The notes: generated by a model from the letters alone, not told the origin. Shown: positions 20,480 to 30,125, counted from the first letter of the stretch. The stretch: DNA of 64,000 bases from Candidatus Peregrinibacteria bacterium GW2011_GWF2_43_17 (GCA_000999315.1 LCFW01000003.1:20686-84685), one strand, 5' to 3'. Numbers and translations are program-made.

Positions 20480-20552
20480 TTTCAGCTTGCGTTTTACAAC
20501 CTTTTCAAATAAAATTTGCAGGCATTTAACAAGTCAATAACAATCAAACACT

Positions 20553-21743
20553 ATGGCAGAAGGAGTATTTCAACGCACGAAACCGCACATTAACGTTGGA
20601 ACCATCGGGCACGTAGACCATGGAAAAACAACATTAACGGCGGCCATCACGGCAGTAGCCGAGAAGAAATATGGCGGTAACAACAAATACATACCGTTCG
20701 ACAAAATTGACAACGCTCCGGAAGAGAAAGCTCGCGGTATCACAATTGCGACTTCTCACCAGGAATACGAAACCCCAAACAGGCACTACGCTCACGTAGA
20801 CTGTCCGGGTCACGCTGACTATATTAAAAACATGATTACGGGTGCCGCCCAAATGGATGGCGCTATCCTCGTAGTCTCCGCCGCAGACGGCCCAATGCCG
20901 CAAACAAGAGAACACATCCTTCTTGCCAAACAAGTTAACGTCCCATATATCATTGTTTTCATGAACAAAATGGACGTTGCCGATCCGGAAATCGCAGAAC
21001 TTACGGAAATGGAAGTTCGTGAACTTTTAAACAAATACGAATTCCCGGGTGCCGTAACTCCGATTATTAAGGGATCCGCTTTGAAAGCTCTTGAAAATCC
21101 GACCGGACCGGACGCGGAACCGATTCTTGAACTTCTTAAGGCTCTTGACGAATACATCCCGTTACCGCAAAGACCTCTTGATAAGCCGTTCCTGATGCCG
21201 GTTGAAGATGTATTTTCAATCAAAGGAAGAGGTACTGTCGCAACAGGTCGTATCGAACAAGGTATAGTTAAAATAAATGACGAAATCGAGATTATTGGTA
21301 TAAAAGAAACAAGAAAAGTTGTCGTTACAGGTGTTGAAATGTTCAAGAAGTTACTTGATCAAGGTCAAGCCGGTGATAACGTCGGTCTTCTTTTGAGAGG
21401 TATTGAAAGAGAAGAAATCGAAAGAGGGCAAGTATTGGCCAAACCGGGCTCAATCACTCCTCACACGAAATTCGAATGCGCAATTTACGTTTTGAACAAA
21501 GAAGAAGGCGGACGCCACACTCCGTTCTTTAAAGGCTACAAACCTCAATTCTACATCAGAACAACGGATGTCACGGGTGAAATCGAATTACCGGCAGGAG
21601 TTGAAATGGTAATGCCTGGTGACGAAATCAAAATGGTCGTTAAACTTGGCTGCCCAATCGCCATGGATAACGAAACAAGATTTGCCATCCGCGAAGGTGG
21701 TAAAACGGTCGGCGCAGGTGTTGTAACAAAGATCCTCGAGTAA
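20553..21743 (+). CDS. tuf: elongation factor Tu
   Basis: 396 aa with [18 protein letters not shown] and NKMD motifs. Confidence 0.98.
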   Translation: MAEGVFQRTKPHINVGTIGHVDHGKTTLTAAITAVAEKKYGGNNKYIPFDKIDNAPEEKARGITIATSHQEYETPNRHYAHVDCPGHADYIKNMITGAAQMDGAILVVSAADGPMPQTREHILLAKQVNVPYIIVFMNKMDVADPEIAELTEMEVRELLNKYEFPGAVTPIIKGSALKALENPTGPDAEPILELLKALDEYIPLPQRPLDKPFLMPVEDVFSIKGRGTVATGRIEQGIVKINDEIEIIGIKETRKVVVTGVEMFKKLLDQGQAGDNVGLLLRGIEREEIERGQVLAKPGSITPHTKFECAIYVLNKEEGGRHTPFFKGYKPQFYIRTTDVTGEIELPAGVEMVMPGDEIKMVVKLGCPIAMDNETRFAIREGGKTVGAGVVTKILE

Positions 21744-21759
21744 TTTTTGACTTTAATGG

Positions 21760-21791
21760 CCCGGATAAGGCTGAAATTTTATCCGGGTTTT
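21760..21791 (+). terminator. rho-independent terminator after tuf
   Basis: CCCGGATAA (21760-21768), 10-nt loop, TTATCCGGG (21779-21787), then TTTT. Confidence 0.7.
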
Positions 21792-21919
21792 AAAGTCCGA
21801 AACATTGCTATTAATGCTTCGGCCCCGGCAGGGAAATTTTAAGAAAATCTTAAGGTCACCAAGTGACTTACCCGCCGGAACACCTCGTCCCGGGTTTTTA
21901 AATCTCTAATCTAATCACA

Positions 21920-22252
21920 ATGTCCAAGCAAAAAATCAGAATCAAGCTCCGCTCATTCGATCACAAAGTCATCGACGAAGCGGCAAAACTAATCATCGAC
22001 ACAGCAGTAAGAACAGGCGCCATCATTGCCGGCCCAATCCCTCTGCCGATGGAAATTCACAAAATCACGGTCAACAAGTCGACATTTGTTCACAAAAATG
22101 CGCGCGACCAATACGAAATCCGCACACACAAGAGACTTATTGATATCCGCGAAAGCACATCAAAAACAATCGAATCTCTTTCTAATCTTGCTTTACCGGC
22201 CGGCGTTGATATTGAAATTAAAATGATAACAACGGAAAAAACAGAGAAATGA
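21920..22252 (+). CDS. rpsJ: 30S ribosomal protein S10
   Basis: MSKQKIRIKLRSFDHKVIDEAAKLI.. It is the first gene of the S10 operon order. Confidence 0.97.
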   Translation: MSKQKIRIKLRSFDHKVIDEAAKLIIDTAVRTGAIIAGPIPLPMEIHKITVNKSTFVHKNARDQYEIRTHKRLIDIRESTSKTIESLSNLALPAGVDIEIKMITTEKTEK

Positions 22253-22269
22253 AATTTCGCAATTCCGTC

Positions 22270-22297
22270 TTGACTTCCTTCCCGCAACTCTATAAAT
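22270..22297 (+). promoter_or_regulatory. candidate internal promoter in the rpsJ-rplC spacer
   Basis: TTGACT (22270-22275), then TATAAA (22291-22296). The spacer is 15 nt, or 16 nt if the -10 is read as ATAAAT. Confidence 0.4.
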
Positions 22298-22438
22298 TAC
22301 CCCGCGCACATTTAAATTTTGCAAGTTAGCACAAGGCAGAGGCTCTCCATCTGGAGAATCCAAGTCCAAAAGCCTTCTAGCAAACATGTACTATAGACCA
22401 CGTGTCTATAAGCTACTACCCTACTAACCCATACAAAT

Positions 22439-23020
22439 ATGCCTGGAATCCTAGGCAAAAAAATCGGAATGACTCGTCTGCTTCAAGACGACGGTCGCGT
22501 GATCCCCTTCACAGTTATACAATGCGAACCAAACGAAGTGGTTCAAGTTAAAACAGCTGAAAAAGACGGATATCCGGCGGTAGTCCTGGGTTTTGACAAG
22601 TTGAAGAAACCATCGAAAAATAAGAAATTTAGACACATAAAAGAGTTCACGGCAATTGAAGGCGACACATTGAAAAAAGGAGATAACGTAAAAGTGGATA
22701 TCTTTAAGCTCGAAGAAACGGTTAATATATCTTCGACCTCGAAAGGTAAAGGTTATCAAGGTGTAATGAAAAGATATCATTTCGCCGGCGGACCGGCTTC
22801 CCACGGATCGCATATGAAAAGAGAACCGGGCTCGATAGGAGCAAGATCTAAACCAGGAAGAATCCACAAAGGTAAAAAAATGGCGGGTCACATGGGCTTG
22901 GAGACGGTTTCGATCAGAAATAAAGTTGTATATATAGACGCTGACAAGAATTTAATAGGTATAAAAGGTCCAATCCCGGGAGGAAAAGGCAATACGGTAA
23001 CAATAAGAAAAATCTCGTAA
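22439..23020 (+). CDS. rplC: 50S ribosomal protein L3
   Basis: MPGILGKKIGMTRLLQDDGRVIPFTVI and conserved operon position. Confidence 0.97.
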   Translation: MPGILGKKIGMTRLLQDDGRVIPFTVIQCEPNEVVQVKTAEKDGYPAVVLGFDKLKKPSKNKKFRHIKEFTAIEGDTLKKGDNVKVDIFKLEETVNISSTSKGKGYQGVMKRYHFAGGPASHGSHMKREPGSIGARSKPGRIHKGKKMAGHMGLETVSIRNKVVYIDADKNLIGIKGPIPGGKGNTVTIRKIS

Positions 23021-23027
23021 ATAAGTT

Positions 23028-23660
23028 ATGAAAATCAAACTTTACAATCAGCTGGGCGAGGAAAAAGGAGAAATAACCCTGAATAAAGAAATTTTCGAGT
23101 ATAAGATCAATCCCGATCTTATTCATCAAGCGGTGGTAATGATTCAAGCGAACAGGAGAAATGCGATCGCTCACACCAAGAAACAAGGCGAAATAAGCAC
23201 TACGACTGCGAAACCGTTCAAGCAAAAGGGTACGGGTCGAGCCAGACAAGGTGGAACGAGGAAGGCTCACCACAGGGGGGGCGCCGTGGCTTTCGGTCCG
23301 AGAAACACACGAAACTTCTCAAAAAACATGTCGAAAGGTCAAAAAAGAATGGCCCTCTTCTCCGCTCTGTCATCCAAGGCGAAAGAAGGCAATGTTTTGG
23401 CTTTGGATAAATATGAAAACGAACCGAAGACGAAACTTTTCGCGGAAATGATCAAAAAGCTCCCGATCAAGAGAGATGTTTTGGTCGTAACAAACGGAAA
23501 GGATACGCTGATATTCAGAGCCGCAAGAAACATGAAAAACGTAGAGACCCTGGAAGCCAGAAACTTGAATGTTGAAAAAATATGCTTGCACCGAGATGTC
23601 CTATTCCTGGAAGATGCACTTAAATCTCTTGAGAAAACTTTCCTAAAAGCCAAAGCCTAA
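23028..23660 (+). CDS. rplD: 50S ribosomal protein L4
   Basis: KQKGTGRARQGGTRKAHHRGGAVAFGP motif and operon order. Confidence 0.96.
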   Translation: MKIKLYNQLGEEKGEITLNKEIFEYKINPDLIHQAVVMIQANRRNAIAHTKKQGEISTTTAKPFKQKGTGRARQGGTRKAHHRGGAVAFGPRNTRNFSKNMSKGQKRMALFSALSSKAKEGNVLALDKYENEPKTKLFAEMIKKLPIKRDVLVVTNGKDTLIFRAARNMKNVETLEARNLNVEKICLHRDVLFLEDALKSLEKTFLKAKA

Positions 23661-23662
23661 AC

Positions 23663-23962
23663 ATGGATATTACGCAAATCATCAAAAAACCGGTTATAAC
23701 TGAGAAAGGCGCTCGCGGCGAACCGATGAATAAATTTACATTCGTTGTGGATAAAGGTGCCACTAAGATAGATATAAAAAGAGCGATCAAGGAGATTTAC
23801 GGAATGAAAGTTTTAAAAGTAAACTCAACAAAAGTATTGGAAAAAGGAAGAATTGTCGGAGGCAGGAAATATATGAAAAAAAGGTCGGAAGGCAAAAAAG
23901 TGACGATAACTATCGAGAAAGGTAAAAAATTTGATTTCACAAAAGTAAAAGAAGCTAAATAA
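23663..23962 (+). CDS. rplW: 50S ribosomal protein L23
   Basis: 99 aa with IKKPVITEKG..KFTFVVDKGATKIDIKRAI and operon order. Confidence 0.95.
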   Translation: MDITQIIKKPVITEKGARGEPMNKFTFVVDKGATKIDIKRAIKEIYGMKVLKVNSTKVLEKGRIVGGRKYMKKRSEGKKVTITIEKGKKFDFTKVKEAK

Positions 23963-23963
23963 T

Positions 23964-24815
23964 ATGGCTGTACAAAGAGTAAAACCAGTAAGAAATGCAC
24001 GAAGACAGTTCAGTCGATATACATTCGAAGAACTGACGAAAGGCAAGAAGCCGGAAAAGGCGCTTCTCGTTGGAAAAATTTCCAAAGCGGGAAGAAACAT
24101 GAACGGAAGAATAACCGTAAGACATCAGGGAGGCGGACATAAAAAAAGACTTCGAGAAATAGATTTCAATCAAGTTGAAAAACTTAACATTGAAGGAACG
24201 GTAACCAGTATAGAGTATGATCCGAACAGAACATGCTATTTGATGCTCGTAACTTACAAAGACGGCAACAAGCGATATCACATCGCGCCAGAAGGCATGA
24301 AGGCGGGTACGAAGATAATTTGCGCCAAAAAAGCCAAGGTGAAAATCGGCAACAGGATGCAGCTTAACAGCATCCCTATCGGATTCACGATCCACAACGT
24401 AGAAATATTTAAAGGCAAGGGCGGACAAATCGTAAGAAGCGCAGGCTCGGGAGCAAAATTAATCTCTTTGGACGGTCCATATGCTCAAATAGAACTCCCG
24501 TCAAAAGAGGTCAGGCTTGCTCCAAAAGAGTGCTATGCGTCAATCGGGCAAGTCAGTAATATCGAACACAGCAACCTTAAAGTTGGCAAGGCCGGAAGAA
24601 GCAGGTGGATGGGAATCAGGCCGACGGTAAGAGGCAAGGTAATGAACCCGGTAGACCATCCGCACGGAGGTGGTGAAGGCAAAAACCCGATCGGCTTGAA
24701 ACATCCGAAAACACCTTGGGGCCTCCCCGCTCTCGGAGTAAAAACAAGAAGACGAAGCACTACCAACAAATGGAGAATCAAGGATCGTAAAGGAAAAGAT
24801 ATAATCATAAAATAA
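23964..24815 (+). CDS. rplB: 50S ribosomal protein L2
   Basis: 283 aa with [13 protein letters not shown] and [14 protein letters not shown] motifs. Confidence 0.97.
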   Translation: MAVQRVKPVRNARRQFSRYTFEELTKGKKPEKALLVGKISKAGRNMNGRITVRHQGGGHKKRLREIDFNQVEKLNIEGTVTSIEYDPNRTCYLMLVTYKDGNKRYHIAPEGMKAGTKIICAKKAKVKIGNRMQLNSIPIGFTIHNVEIFKGKGGQIVRSAGSGAKLISLDGPYAQIELPSKEVRLAPKECYASIGQVSNIEHSNLKVGKAGRSRWMGIRPTVRGKVMNPVDHPHGGGEGKNPIGLKHPKTPWGLPALGVKTRRRSTTNKWRIKDRKGKDIIIK

Positions 24816-24819
24816 CACC

Positions 24820-25173
24820 ATGTCACGCAGCTCGAAAAAAGGACCTTACATCGACCCGAAACTGACAAAAAAAGTTCAGAGAATGAACGAATCCGGTCAG
24901 AAAAAAATCATAAAGACATGGTCAAGAAATTGCACAATATCTCCAGATTTCGTAGGACATACGTTCGCGGTACATAACGGGAAAGAACATATACCCGTAT
25001 ATGTCGCTGAAAATATGGTAGGACACAAGTTGGGAGAATTCTCATTCACAAGAAAATTCAAAGGACATGGGGGCAAAATTGCCGCAACAACAAGCGCAAG
25101 CGGAGCCGCCCCGTCAACATCACCAACGGCGGGAACCAAACCGGCAACAACATCGGCACCAGCAAAAAAATAA
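24820..25173 (+). CDS. rpsS: 30S ribosomal protein S19 (with A/T/S/P-rich C-terminal extension)
   Basis: [15 protein letters not shown] and [17 protein letters not shown]. An extra tail, [30 protein letters not shown], follows. Confidence 0.96.
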   Translation: MSRSSKKGPYIDPKLTKKVQRMNESGQKKIIKTWSRNCTISPDFVGHTFAVHNGKEHIPVYVAENMVGHKLGEFSFTRKFKGHGGKIAATTSASGAAPSTSPTAGTKPATTSAPAKK

Positions 25174-25186
25174 TTTTTAAAATAGA

Positions 25187-25555
25187 ATGAAAGCAATCCT
25201 CAGACAAGCCAGAATATCACCGACAAAGGTCAAAATCGTAGCGGACATGATACGAGGAAAAGACGTTAAACAAGCTTTGAGTATATTGAAATTCACACCA
25301 AAGAAAGCCGCGAAAATACTGACAAAGGTTGTTAAATCGGCCGCTTCAAACGCAGAAAACAACTTCAAGCAAGATTTGAGTCAGCTTTACATAAAAGAGC
25401 TCATCGTGAACGACGGCACCATGTACAAGAGAAGTAAGCCGAGATCAAGAGGCATGTCTAATCCGATTTTAAGAAGGAATACTCATGTAACCGTAAAACT
25501 GGACGTAAAAACGCCAAAAGCCGAATCGACAAAAGAATTAAAACCTAAAAAATAA
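25187..25555 (+). CDS. rplV: 50S ribosomal protein L22
   Basis: AILRQARISPTKVKIVADMIRGKDV and operon order. Confidence 0.96.
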   Translation: MKAILRQARISPTKVKIVADMIRGKDVKQALSILKFTPKKAAKILTKVVKSAASNAENNFKQDLSQLYIKELIVNDGTMYKRSKPRSRGMSNPILRRNTHVTVKLDVKTPKAESTKELKPKK

Positions 25556-26319
25556 TGGGACACAAAGTACATCCGAAAATTCAACGCATAGGTATAATCA
25601 GAAGCTGGGACAGCAGCTGGTACTCAAACAAGAAGAAGTTCAAGGATTTGCTTTACCAGGATGTAAAAATAAGAGAATTCATATTTAAAAAACTGGCTGA
25701 TTGCGGAATTTCGAAAATTCAAATACTCAGAAACGCAAATGAAACCATAATAAACATTTACAGCGCAAAACCGGGCGTAATCATCGGAAAACAGGGCGAG
25801 GATATCGAAAAGTTCAGAGAATCATTGGGTAGAGAGTTTGGCTCAAGATTCCAAATTAACATTTTGGAAGTACAAAAACCGGACTTGGACGCAAAAATAG
25901 TAGGAGATTCGATAGCAAGACAGGTTGAAAAAAGGATTTCATACAGAAGGGCCGCAAAACTCGCGCTTCAAAAAGCCATGGAGGCCGGCGCCAAAGGTAT
26001 AAAAGTATCGGTAGGCGGTAGGTTGAACGGCGTCGAAATTTCAAGAAAAGAGTCTTTCTCGGACGGGAAAATCCCGCTGCAAACTTTCAGAGCGGACATC
26101 GACTATTGTCAGTCAACCGCATTTACCACATACGGAGCAATCGGTATAAAGGTATGGATCTATAAAGGAGATGTTTTCAAGAAAGATTTAAGCACGACGG
26201 TAAACCCATATTCGAAATCATTGACTGAAAGCGAAACTCCAAAAAGAGATGAGCAACCGGCGCGACCTCCCGTTAGAAGAGCCGCCAAACCGGCAAGAAC
26301 AACTAAAAAATCATCATAA
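25555..26319 (+). CDS. rpsC: 30S ribosomal protein S3
   Basis: [18 protein letters not shown] and a KH domain, with a basic C-terminal extension. The start overlaps the rplV stop (TAATG). Confidence 0.97.
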   Translation: MGHKVHPKIQRIGIIRSWDSSWYSNKKKFKDLLYQDVKIREFIFKKLADCGISKIQILRNANETIINIYSAKPGVIIGKQGEDIEKFRESLGREFGSRFQINILEVQKPDLDAKIVGDSIARQVEKRISYRRAAKLALQKAMEAGAKGIKVSVGGRLNGVEISRKESFSDGKIPLQTFRADIDYCQSTAFTTYGAIGIKVWIYKGDVFKKDLSTTVNPYSKSLTESETPKRDEQPARPPVRRAAKPARTTKKSS

Positions 26320-26741
26320 TGTTATTACCAAAGAGACAAAAATTCAGAAAATCGCAACGATTAAGAGGATCTTTTAAAGGGGTCGCAAACAGTTGCAACA
26401 GACTTTCTTTCGGATCTTTCGGTCTGAAGGCGACTGAAATCTGCGAAGTATCTTCAAGACAACTTGAGGCGGCCAGAAGAGCCATGACAAGATATATGAA
26501 AAGAGGTGGGAAAGTTTGGATCAGAATTTTCCCGCACAGAGCAATAACGCAAAAAGCGGCTGAGGTACCGATGGGTAGTGGTAAAGGTACGGTTGAAAAA
26601 TATGTGGCAATGGTGAAACCCGGAACAGTAATATTCGAGATGGAAGGTATAGACGAAAAAACCGCAAAAGAAGCTCTCAGATTGGCCGGATCCAAACTGC
26701 CGGTAATGACAAGATTTATATCATCACGCGAAATTAAATAA
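26319..26741 (+). CDS. rplP: 50S ribosomal protein L16
   Basis: [16 protein letters not shown]...RMGSGKG-like [10 protein letters not shown]. Confidence 0.97.
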   Translation: MLLPKRQKFRKSQRLRGSFKGVANSCNRLSFGSFGLKATEICEVSSRQLEAARRAMTRYMKRGGKVWIRIFPHRAITQKAAEVPMGSGKGTVEKYVAMVKPGTVIFEMEGIDEKTAKEALRLAGSKLPVMTRFISSREIK

Positions 26742-26744
26742 ATT

Positions 26745-26945
26745 ATGCTTACAATCCAAGAACTTAAAAAACTGGAAGGGAAAGAATTGCAAAAAGAATG
26801 GGAAAGAGCCACGTCTCAACTGCTCAAAGCCGAATTGAATTTAAGAACAAACCAAGATAAAAAATCCCACGTCGCAAGAGATTTGAGAAGATACCGAGCA
26901 CAAATTAAAACCGTTCAAAACAACCTACAACAACCCACCATTTAA
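26745..26945 (+). CDS. rpmC: 50S ribosomal protein L29
   Basis: 66 aa. ELKKLEGKELQKEWERATSQLLKAELNLRTNQ is helical and L29-like, and the operon order fits. Confidence 0.93.
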   Translation: MLTIQELKKLEGKELQKEWERATSQLLKAELNLRTNQDKKSHVARDLRRYRAQIKTVQNNLQQPTI

Positions 26946-26956
26946 TCAATAGTCTT

Positions 26957-27193
26957 ATGCGTTCAAAAACAGGTATAGTTACGAGCAATAAAATGAAGGA
27001 TACTATTGTAGTAAAGGTGGACTCTTATAAAGAACACTCCAAGTACAAGAAGAAATTCAAGGTTTCCAAAAAGTTTTACGCCCACAATCCGGGCAACACA
27101 TGCAAGATGGATGAAAAAGTAACAATTTACGAAACTCGACCGATCAGCAAGTTAAAGAGATGGACCACTGTAGAGCCAATCGCTAAAGCCTAA
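26957..27193 (+). CDS. rpsQ: 30S ribosomal protein S17
   Basis: 78 aa with KTGIVTSNKMKDTIVVKVD..KYKK..KFYAHN. Confidence 0.95.
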   Translation: MRSKTGIVTSNKMKDTIVVKVDSYKEHSKYKKKFKVSKKFYAHNPGNTCKMDEKVTIYETRPISKLKRWTTVEPIAKA

Positions 27194-27214
27194 AGCCCTA
27201 ACTCCCTATCCCCC

Positions 27215-27583
27215 ATGATTCAGCAACAAACCCTCCTACAAATAGCGGACAACACCGGCGCAAAAGAAGCTATGTGCATTAAAGTATTGGGCAGTTCCAA
27301 AAGACGATATGCCTATGTCGGAGATGTAATCGTAGTTGCAATCAAGAAGGCAAGCCCGCACGGATTAGTTAAGAAAAAAACTGTTGAAAGAGCCGTTATC
27401 ATCCGAACAAAAAAAGAGCTTAAAAGAAAAGATGGCACAATAATCAGATTCGATGACAATGCCGCGGTTATCGTAAGTAAAGAAAATGAACCTAAGGGAA
27501 CACGTGTATTCGGCCCGGTTGCGAGAGAACTGCGCGAAAGAGGATTCCAAAAAATAATATCTTTAGCTCCAGACGTACTTTAA
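27215..27583 (+). CDS. rplN: 50S ribosomal protein L14
   Basis: [18 protein letters not shown]. Confidence 0.97.
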   Translation: MIQQQTLLQIADNTGAKEAMCIKVLGSSKRRYAYVGDVIVVAIKKASPHGLVKKKTVERAVIIRTKKELKRKDGTIIRFDDNAAVIVSKENEPKGTRVFGPVARELRERGFQKIISLAPDVL

Positions 27584-27594
27584 ACCTCAAAATA

Positions 27595-27936
27595 ATGAAA
27601 ATAAAAACAGGCGACAATGTGGTTGTAATCGCGGGGAAAGATAAAGGTAAAACCGGAAAAGTCATGCGCGTCATGGCCAAGAAAAACGCAATAGTCGTGG
27701 AAAAAGTGAATATAAAAACTCGCCACATTCGCAAAACAACAACAAGGAAAGGCGAGAAAATTCGCTTCGAAGCCCCGATCAACGCTTCAAACGTAAAAGT
27801 TGTTTGTCCGCACTGTAAGAAAGCGGTAAGAATAGGATATAAAATCGGGAAAGATAATATCAAACGAAGACTGTGCAAAAAATGCACCGAAACCGTCGAT
27901 CAACCGATAATCGCGAAATCCAAGAAGAAAAAATAA
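27595..27936 (+). CDS. rplX: 50S ribosomal protein L24 (zinc-ribbon-containing form)
   Basis: KIKTGDNVVVIAGKDKGKTGKV KOW motif, plus a C-terminal CPHC..CKKC pair as in Thermus-type L24. Confidence 0.95.
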   Translation: MKIKTGDNVVVIAGKDKGKTGKVMRVMAKKNAIVVEKVNIKTRHIRKTTTRKGEKIRFEAPINASNVKVVCPHCKKAVRIGYKIGKDNIKRRLCKKCTETVDQPIIAKSKKKK

Positions 27937-27951
27937 TCACTTTATAAAAAC

Positions 27952-28515
27952 ATGTCTAAGAAACAAGAAGTACAAACCCTGTCGCCAAAAGAAATCGCAA
28001 AAAAGCTTAAACAAGAGCTTGGGGTTAAAAATGATCTCGCCGTCCCGAGAGTTGAGAAAATCAAAGTACACGCGGGAATAGGAACATATACAATCAAGGC
28101 GAATAACAAAGATTTCACCCCTGTTGTAAACAACATAATGGCAATAACCGGTCAAAAACCCATTACTTCAAAAGCCAGAAAAGCTATTTCAAACTTCAAA
28201 CTGAGAGCGGGCATGCCGGTGGGAGTATCGGTCACCCTGAGAAGAAAAAGAATGTACGATTTCTTGAATAAGTTCATCAATATCGTAATGCCGAGAATCA
28301 GAGATTTTAGAGGCGTAAGCGTAAAAGGATTTGACGGTAAGGGTAATTACAATATCGGACTTAAGGACTGCAATGTATTCCCGGAAATCAACATCGAAAA
28401 TGTTGATAAGCCGCACGGAATCGGAATAAGCATCATCACATCTGCAAAAAACAATCGAGAAGGATACGTGCTTTTAAAAGCAATGGGCTTCCCGTTTAAA
28501 GATGAAATTAAATAA
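27952..28515 (+). CDS. rplE: 50S ribosomal protein L5
   Basis: 187 aa with PRVEKIKVHAGIG and MPRIRDFRGVS motifs. Confidence 0.96.
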   Translation: MSKKQEVQTLSPKEIAKKLKQELGVKNDLAVPRVEKIKVHAGIGTYTIKANNKDFTPVVNNIMAITGQKPITSKARKAISNFKLRAGMPVGVSVTLRRKRMYDFLNKFINIVMPRIRDFRGVSVKGFDGKGNYNIGLKDCNVFPEINIENVDKPHGIGISIITSAKNNREGYVLLKAMGFPFKDEIK

Positions 28516-28530
28516 TTCCTTACTAAACAC

Positions 28531-28755
28531 ATGGCAAAAAAATCATTAAAAATTAAATGCGCAAGGAGAAAAGCGGCTTACTTGAAAGCCATAAGCCAGG
28601 GTAAAAAGCCCGTAATGCCAACAAAAGTTTACAACAGATGCAGATTGTGCGGCAGGTCAAGAGGATACATCAGGAAATTCGATATATGCAGAATTTGTTT
28701 AAGAGAACTGGCCAATAAAGGAGAAATCATGGGTCTCCGCAAATCCTCATGGTAA
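28531..28755 (+). CDS. rpsN: 30S ribosomal protein S14 (zinc-binding type Z)
   Basis: [38 protein letters not shown]. Confidence 0.95.
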   Translation: MAKKSLKIKCARRKAAYLKAISQGKKPVMPTKVYNRCRLCGRSRGYIRKFDICRICLRELANKGEIMGLRKSSW

Positions 28756-28761
28756 AAGTTT

Positions 28762-28786
28762 CTACTATCTACTATCTACTATCTAC
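28762..28786 (+). repeat. tandem heptamer array (CTACTAT)x3 + CTAC
   Basis: Perfect 7-nt tandem repeat in the S14-S8 spacer. It ends 7 nt before the rpsH ATG at 28794. Confidence 0.85.
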
Positions 28787-28793
28787 CCAAACA

Positions 28794-29177
28794 ATGAACA
28801 CAGATCCAATATCAGACTTGCTAACAAGATTACGAAACGCTTCGGCCGTATCAAAAAACGTAATAGTGGTCCCCTGCTCCAAAATTAAAAACGAAATATT
28901 GAAAGTTTTGAAAGCCAAGGGTTACGTTGAAGATTTCGAAACAATAAAAAACGGTAAATTCGAAGAGATCAAAATCACGCTCAAAGAAGACTCTCAGGCA
29001 TTGAACATCAAGAGAGTTTCGAAACCCGGTCAAAGAATTTATGTAAAAAGCGGCAACATTCCAAAAGTATTGGGCGGCTTGGGAACGGCAATAATCTCAA
29101 CTCAAAAAGGGATGCTGACGGATACGGAAGCAAGAAAGAACAAGATGGGTGGCGAAATCATATGTGAAATCTACTAA
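28794..29177 (+). CDS. rpsH: 30S ribosomal protein S8
   Basis: MNTDPISDLLTRLRNA is the conserved S8 N-terminus. The track ORF from 28749 would read through the heptamer repeat and is unlikely. Confidence 0.95.
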   Translation: MNTDPISDLLTRLRNASAVSKNVIVVPCSKIKNEILKVLKAKGYVEDFETIKNGKFEEIKITLKEDSQALNIKRVSKPGQRIYVKSGNIPKVLGGLGTAIISTQKGMLTDTEARKNKMGGEIICEIY

Positions 29178-29186
29178 CTCTACTAT

Positions 29187-29747
29187 ATGTCACGAATAGG
29201 AAGACAACCTGTAATAATACCGAGCGGCGTAACCGTTACAAAAGACGCAGGCGGTATAATAACGGTAAAGGGCCCGAAGGGTGAATTGAAAATGCCGCAA
29301 CATGAACTTGTGGAAATTGAAATTGTAGAAAATCAAATCAAAATATCGAGAAAAGAAAAAGAAAATCCCAGAGGAAAAAGCATCCACGGATTAACACGAG
29401 CTTTATTGAAAAACATGGTGGAAGGAGTGGTGAAAGAGTATCAAAAAAGATTGGAGATCATCGGTGTAGGTTATAAAGCCCAGCTTCAAGGAAGAAAATT
29501 AATTCTGAGCCTCGGATATTCACACCCCGTTGAATACATCCCGGCGGAAGGCATCAAAATTTCATTGGACGAAGAAAAGAAAAACGTGTTAATTATCTCA
29601 GGGATAAACAAAGAAGTGGTTGGACAAACCGCCGCAGTAATAAGAGCAATGAAAAAACCGGAACCATACAAGGGCAAAGGTATAAGATACGAAAACGAAC
29701 ACGTAAGAAGAAAAGCCGGCAAAGCGGTTGCCAAGGCGGCGGCGTAA
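29187..29747 (+). CDS. rplF: 50S ribosomal protein L6
   Basis: MSRIGRQPVIIPSGVTV and operon order. Confidence 0.96.
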   Translation: MSRIGRQPVIIPSGVTVTKDAGGIITVKGPKGELKMPQHELVEIEIVENQIKISRKEKENPRGKSIHGLTRALLKNMVEGVVKEYQKRLEIIGVGYKAQLQGRKLILSLGYSHPVEYIPAEGIKISLDEEKKNVLIISGINKEVVGQTAAVIRAMKKPEPYKGKGIRYENEHVRRKAGKAVAKAAA

Positions 29748-29767
29748 AACATAACAACTTAAAGACA

Positions 29768-30112
29768 ATGAAAAGCCAAAAAGTTACAACAAGACAAAGA
29801 AGACATCTAAGAGTCCGTGCAAAAGTTAAAGGCACGGAAACTAAACCGAGATTATCCGTTTTCAGAAGTCTCAACAACAATTATGCGCAACTCGTTGACG
29901 ATTCGAAGGGAAAAGTCATCTGTGCGGCATCGGATTTGAAAATCAAGAAAGGAACAAAAATGGAAAGAGCCAAAGAAGTTGGAATCACTTTAGGAAAACT
30001 CGCTATGGAAAAAGGAATCGCGGAATGCGTTTTTGACAGAGGCGGATTCAAATATCACGGAAGAATACAGAAAATAGCCGAAGGCGCCCGTGAGAGTGGA
30101 CTAAAATTTTAA
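29768..30112 (+). CDS. rplR: 50S ribosomal protein L18
   Basis: RRHLRVRAKVKGTETKPRLSVFRSLNNNYAQL..FDRGGFKYHGRI. Confidence 0.96.
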   Translation: MKSQKVTTRQRRHLRVRAKVKGTETKPRLSVFRSLNNNYAQLVDDSKGKVICAASDLKIKKGTKMERAKEVGITLGKLAMEKGIAECVFDRGGFKYHGRIQKIAEGARESGLKF

Positions 30113-30125
30113 AACTTAATTAACA

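Noticed and set aside
21744-22438. tRNA or other small RNA genes in the long spacers flanking rpsJ, and in the other spacers longer than 100 nt
   Set aside because: No cloverleaf (acceptor stem plus GTTC-type T-loop) could be drawn in any spacer. No rRNA, tmRNA, RNase P or SRP signature sequences were seen by eye. A covariance-model scan would be needed to be certain.
28762-28786. CRISPR-like array (also considered for 2749-2776, 38362-38389 and 61568-61588)
   Set aside because: The units are only 7 nt, directly tandem and without spacers, and no cas genes are present. These are microsatellite-like leader repeats, not CRISPR.
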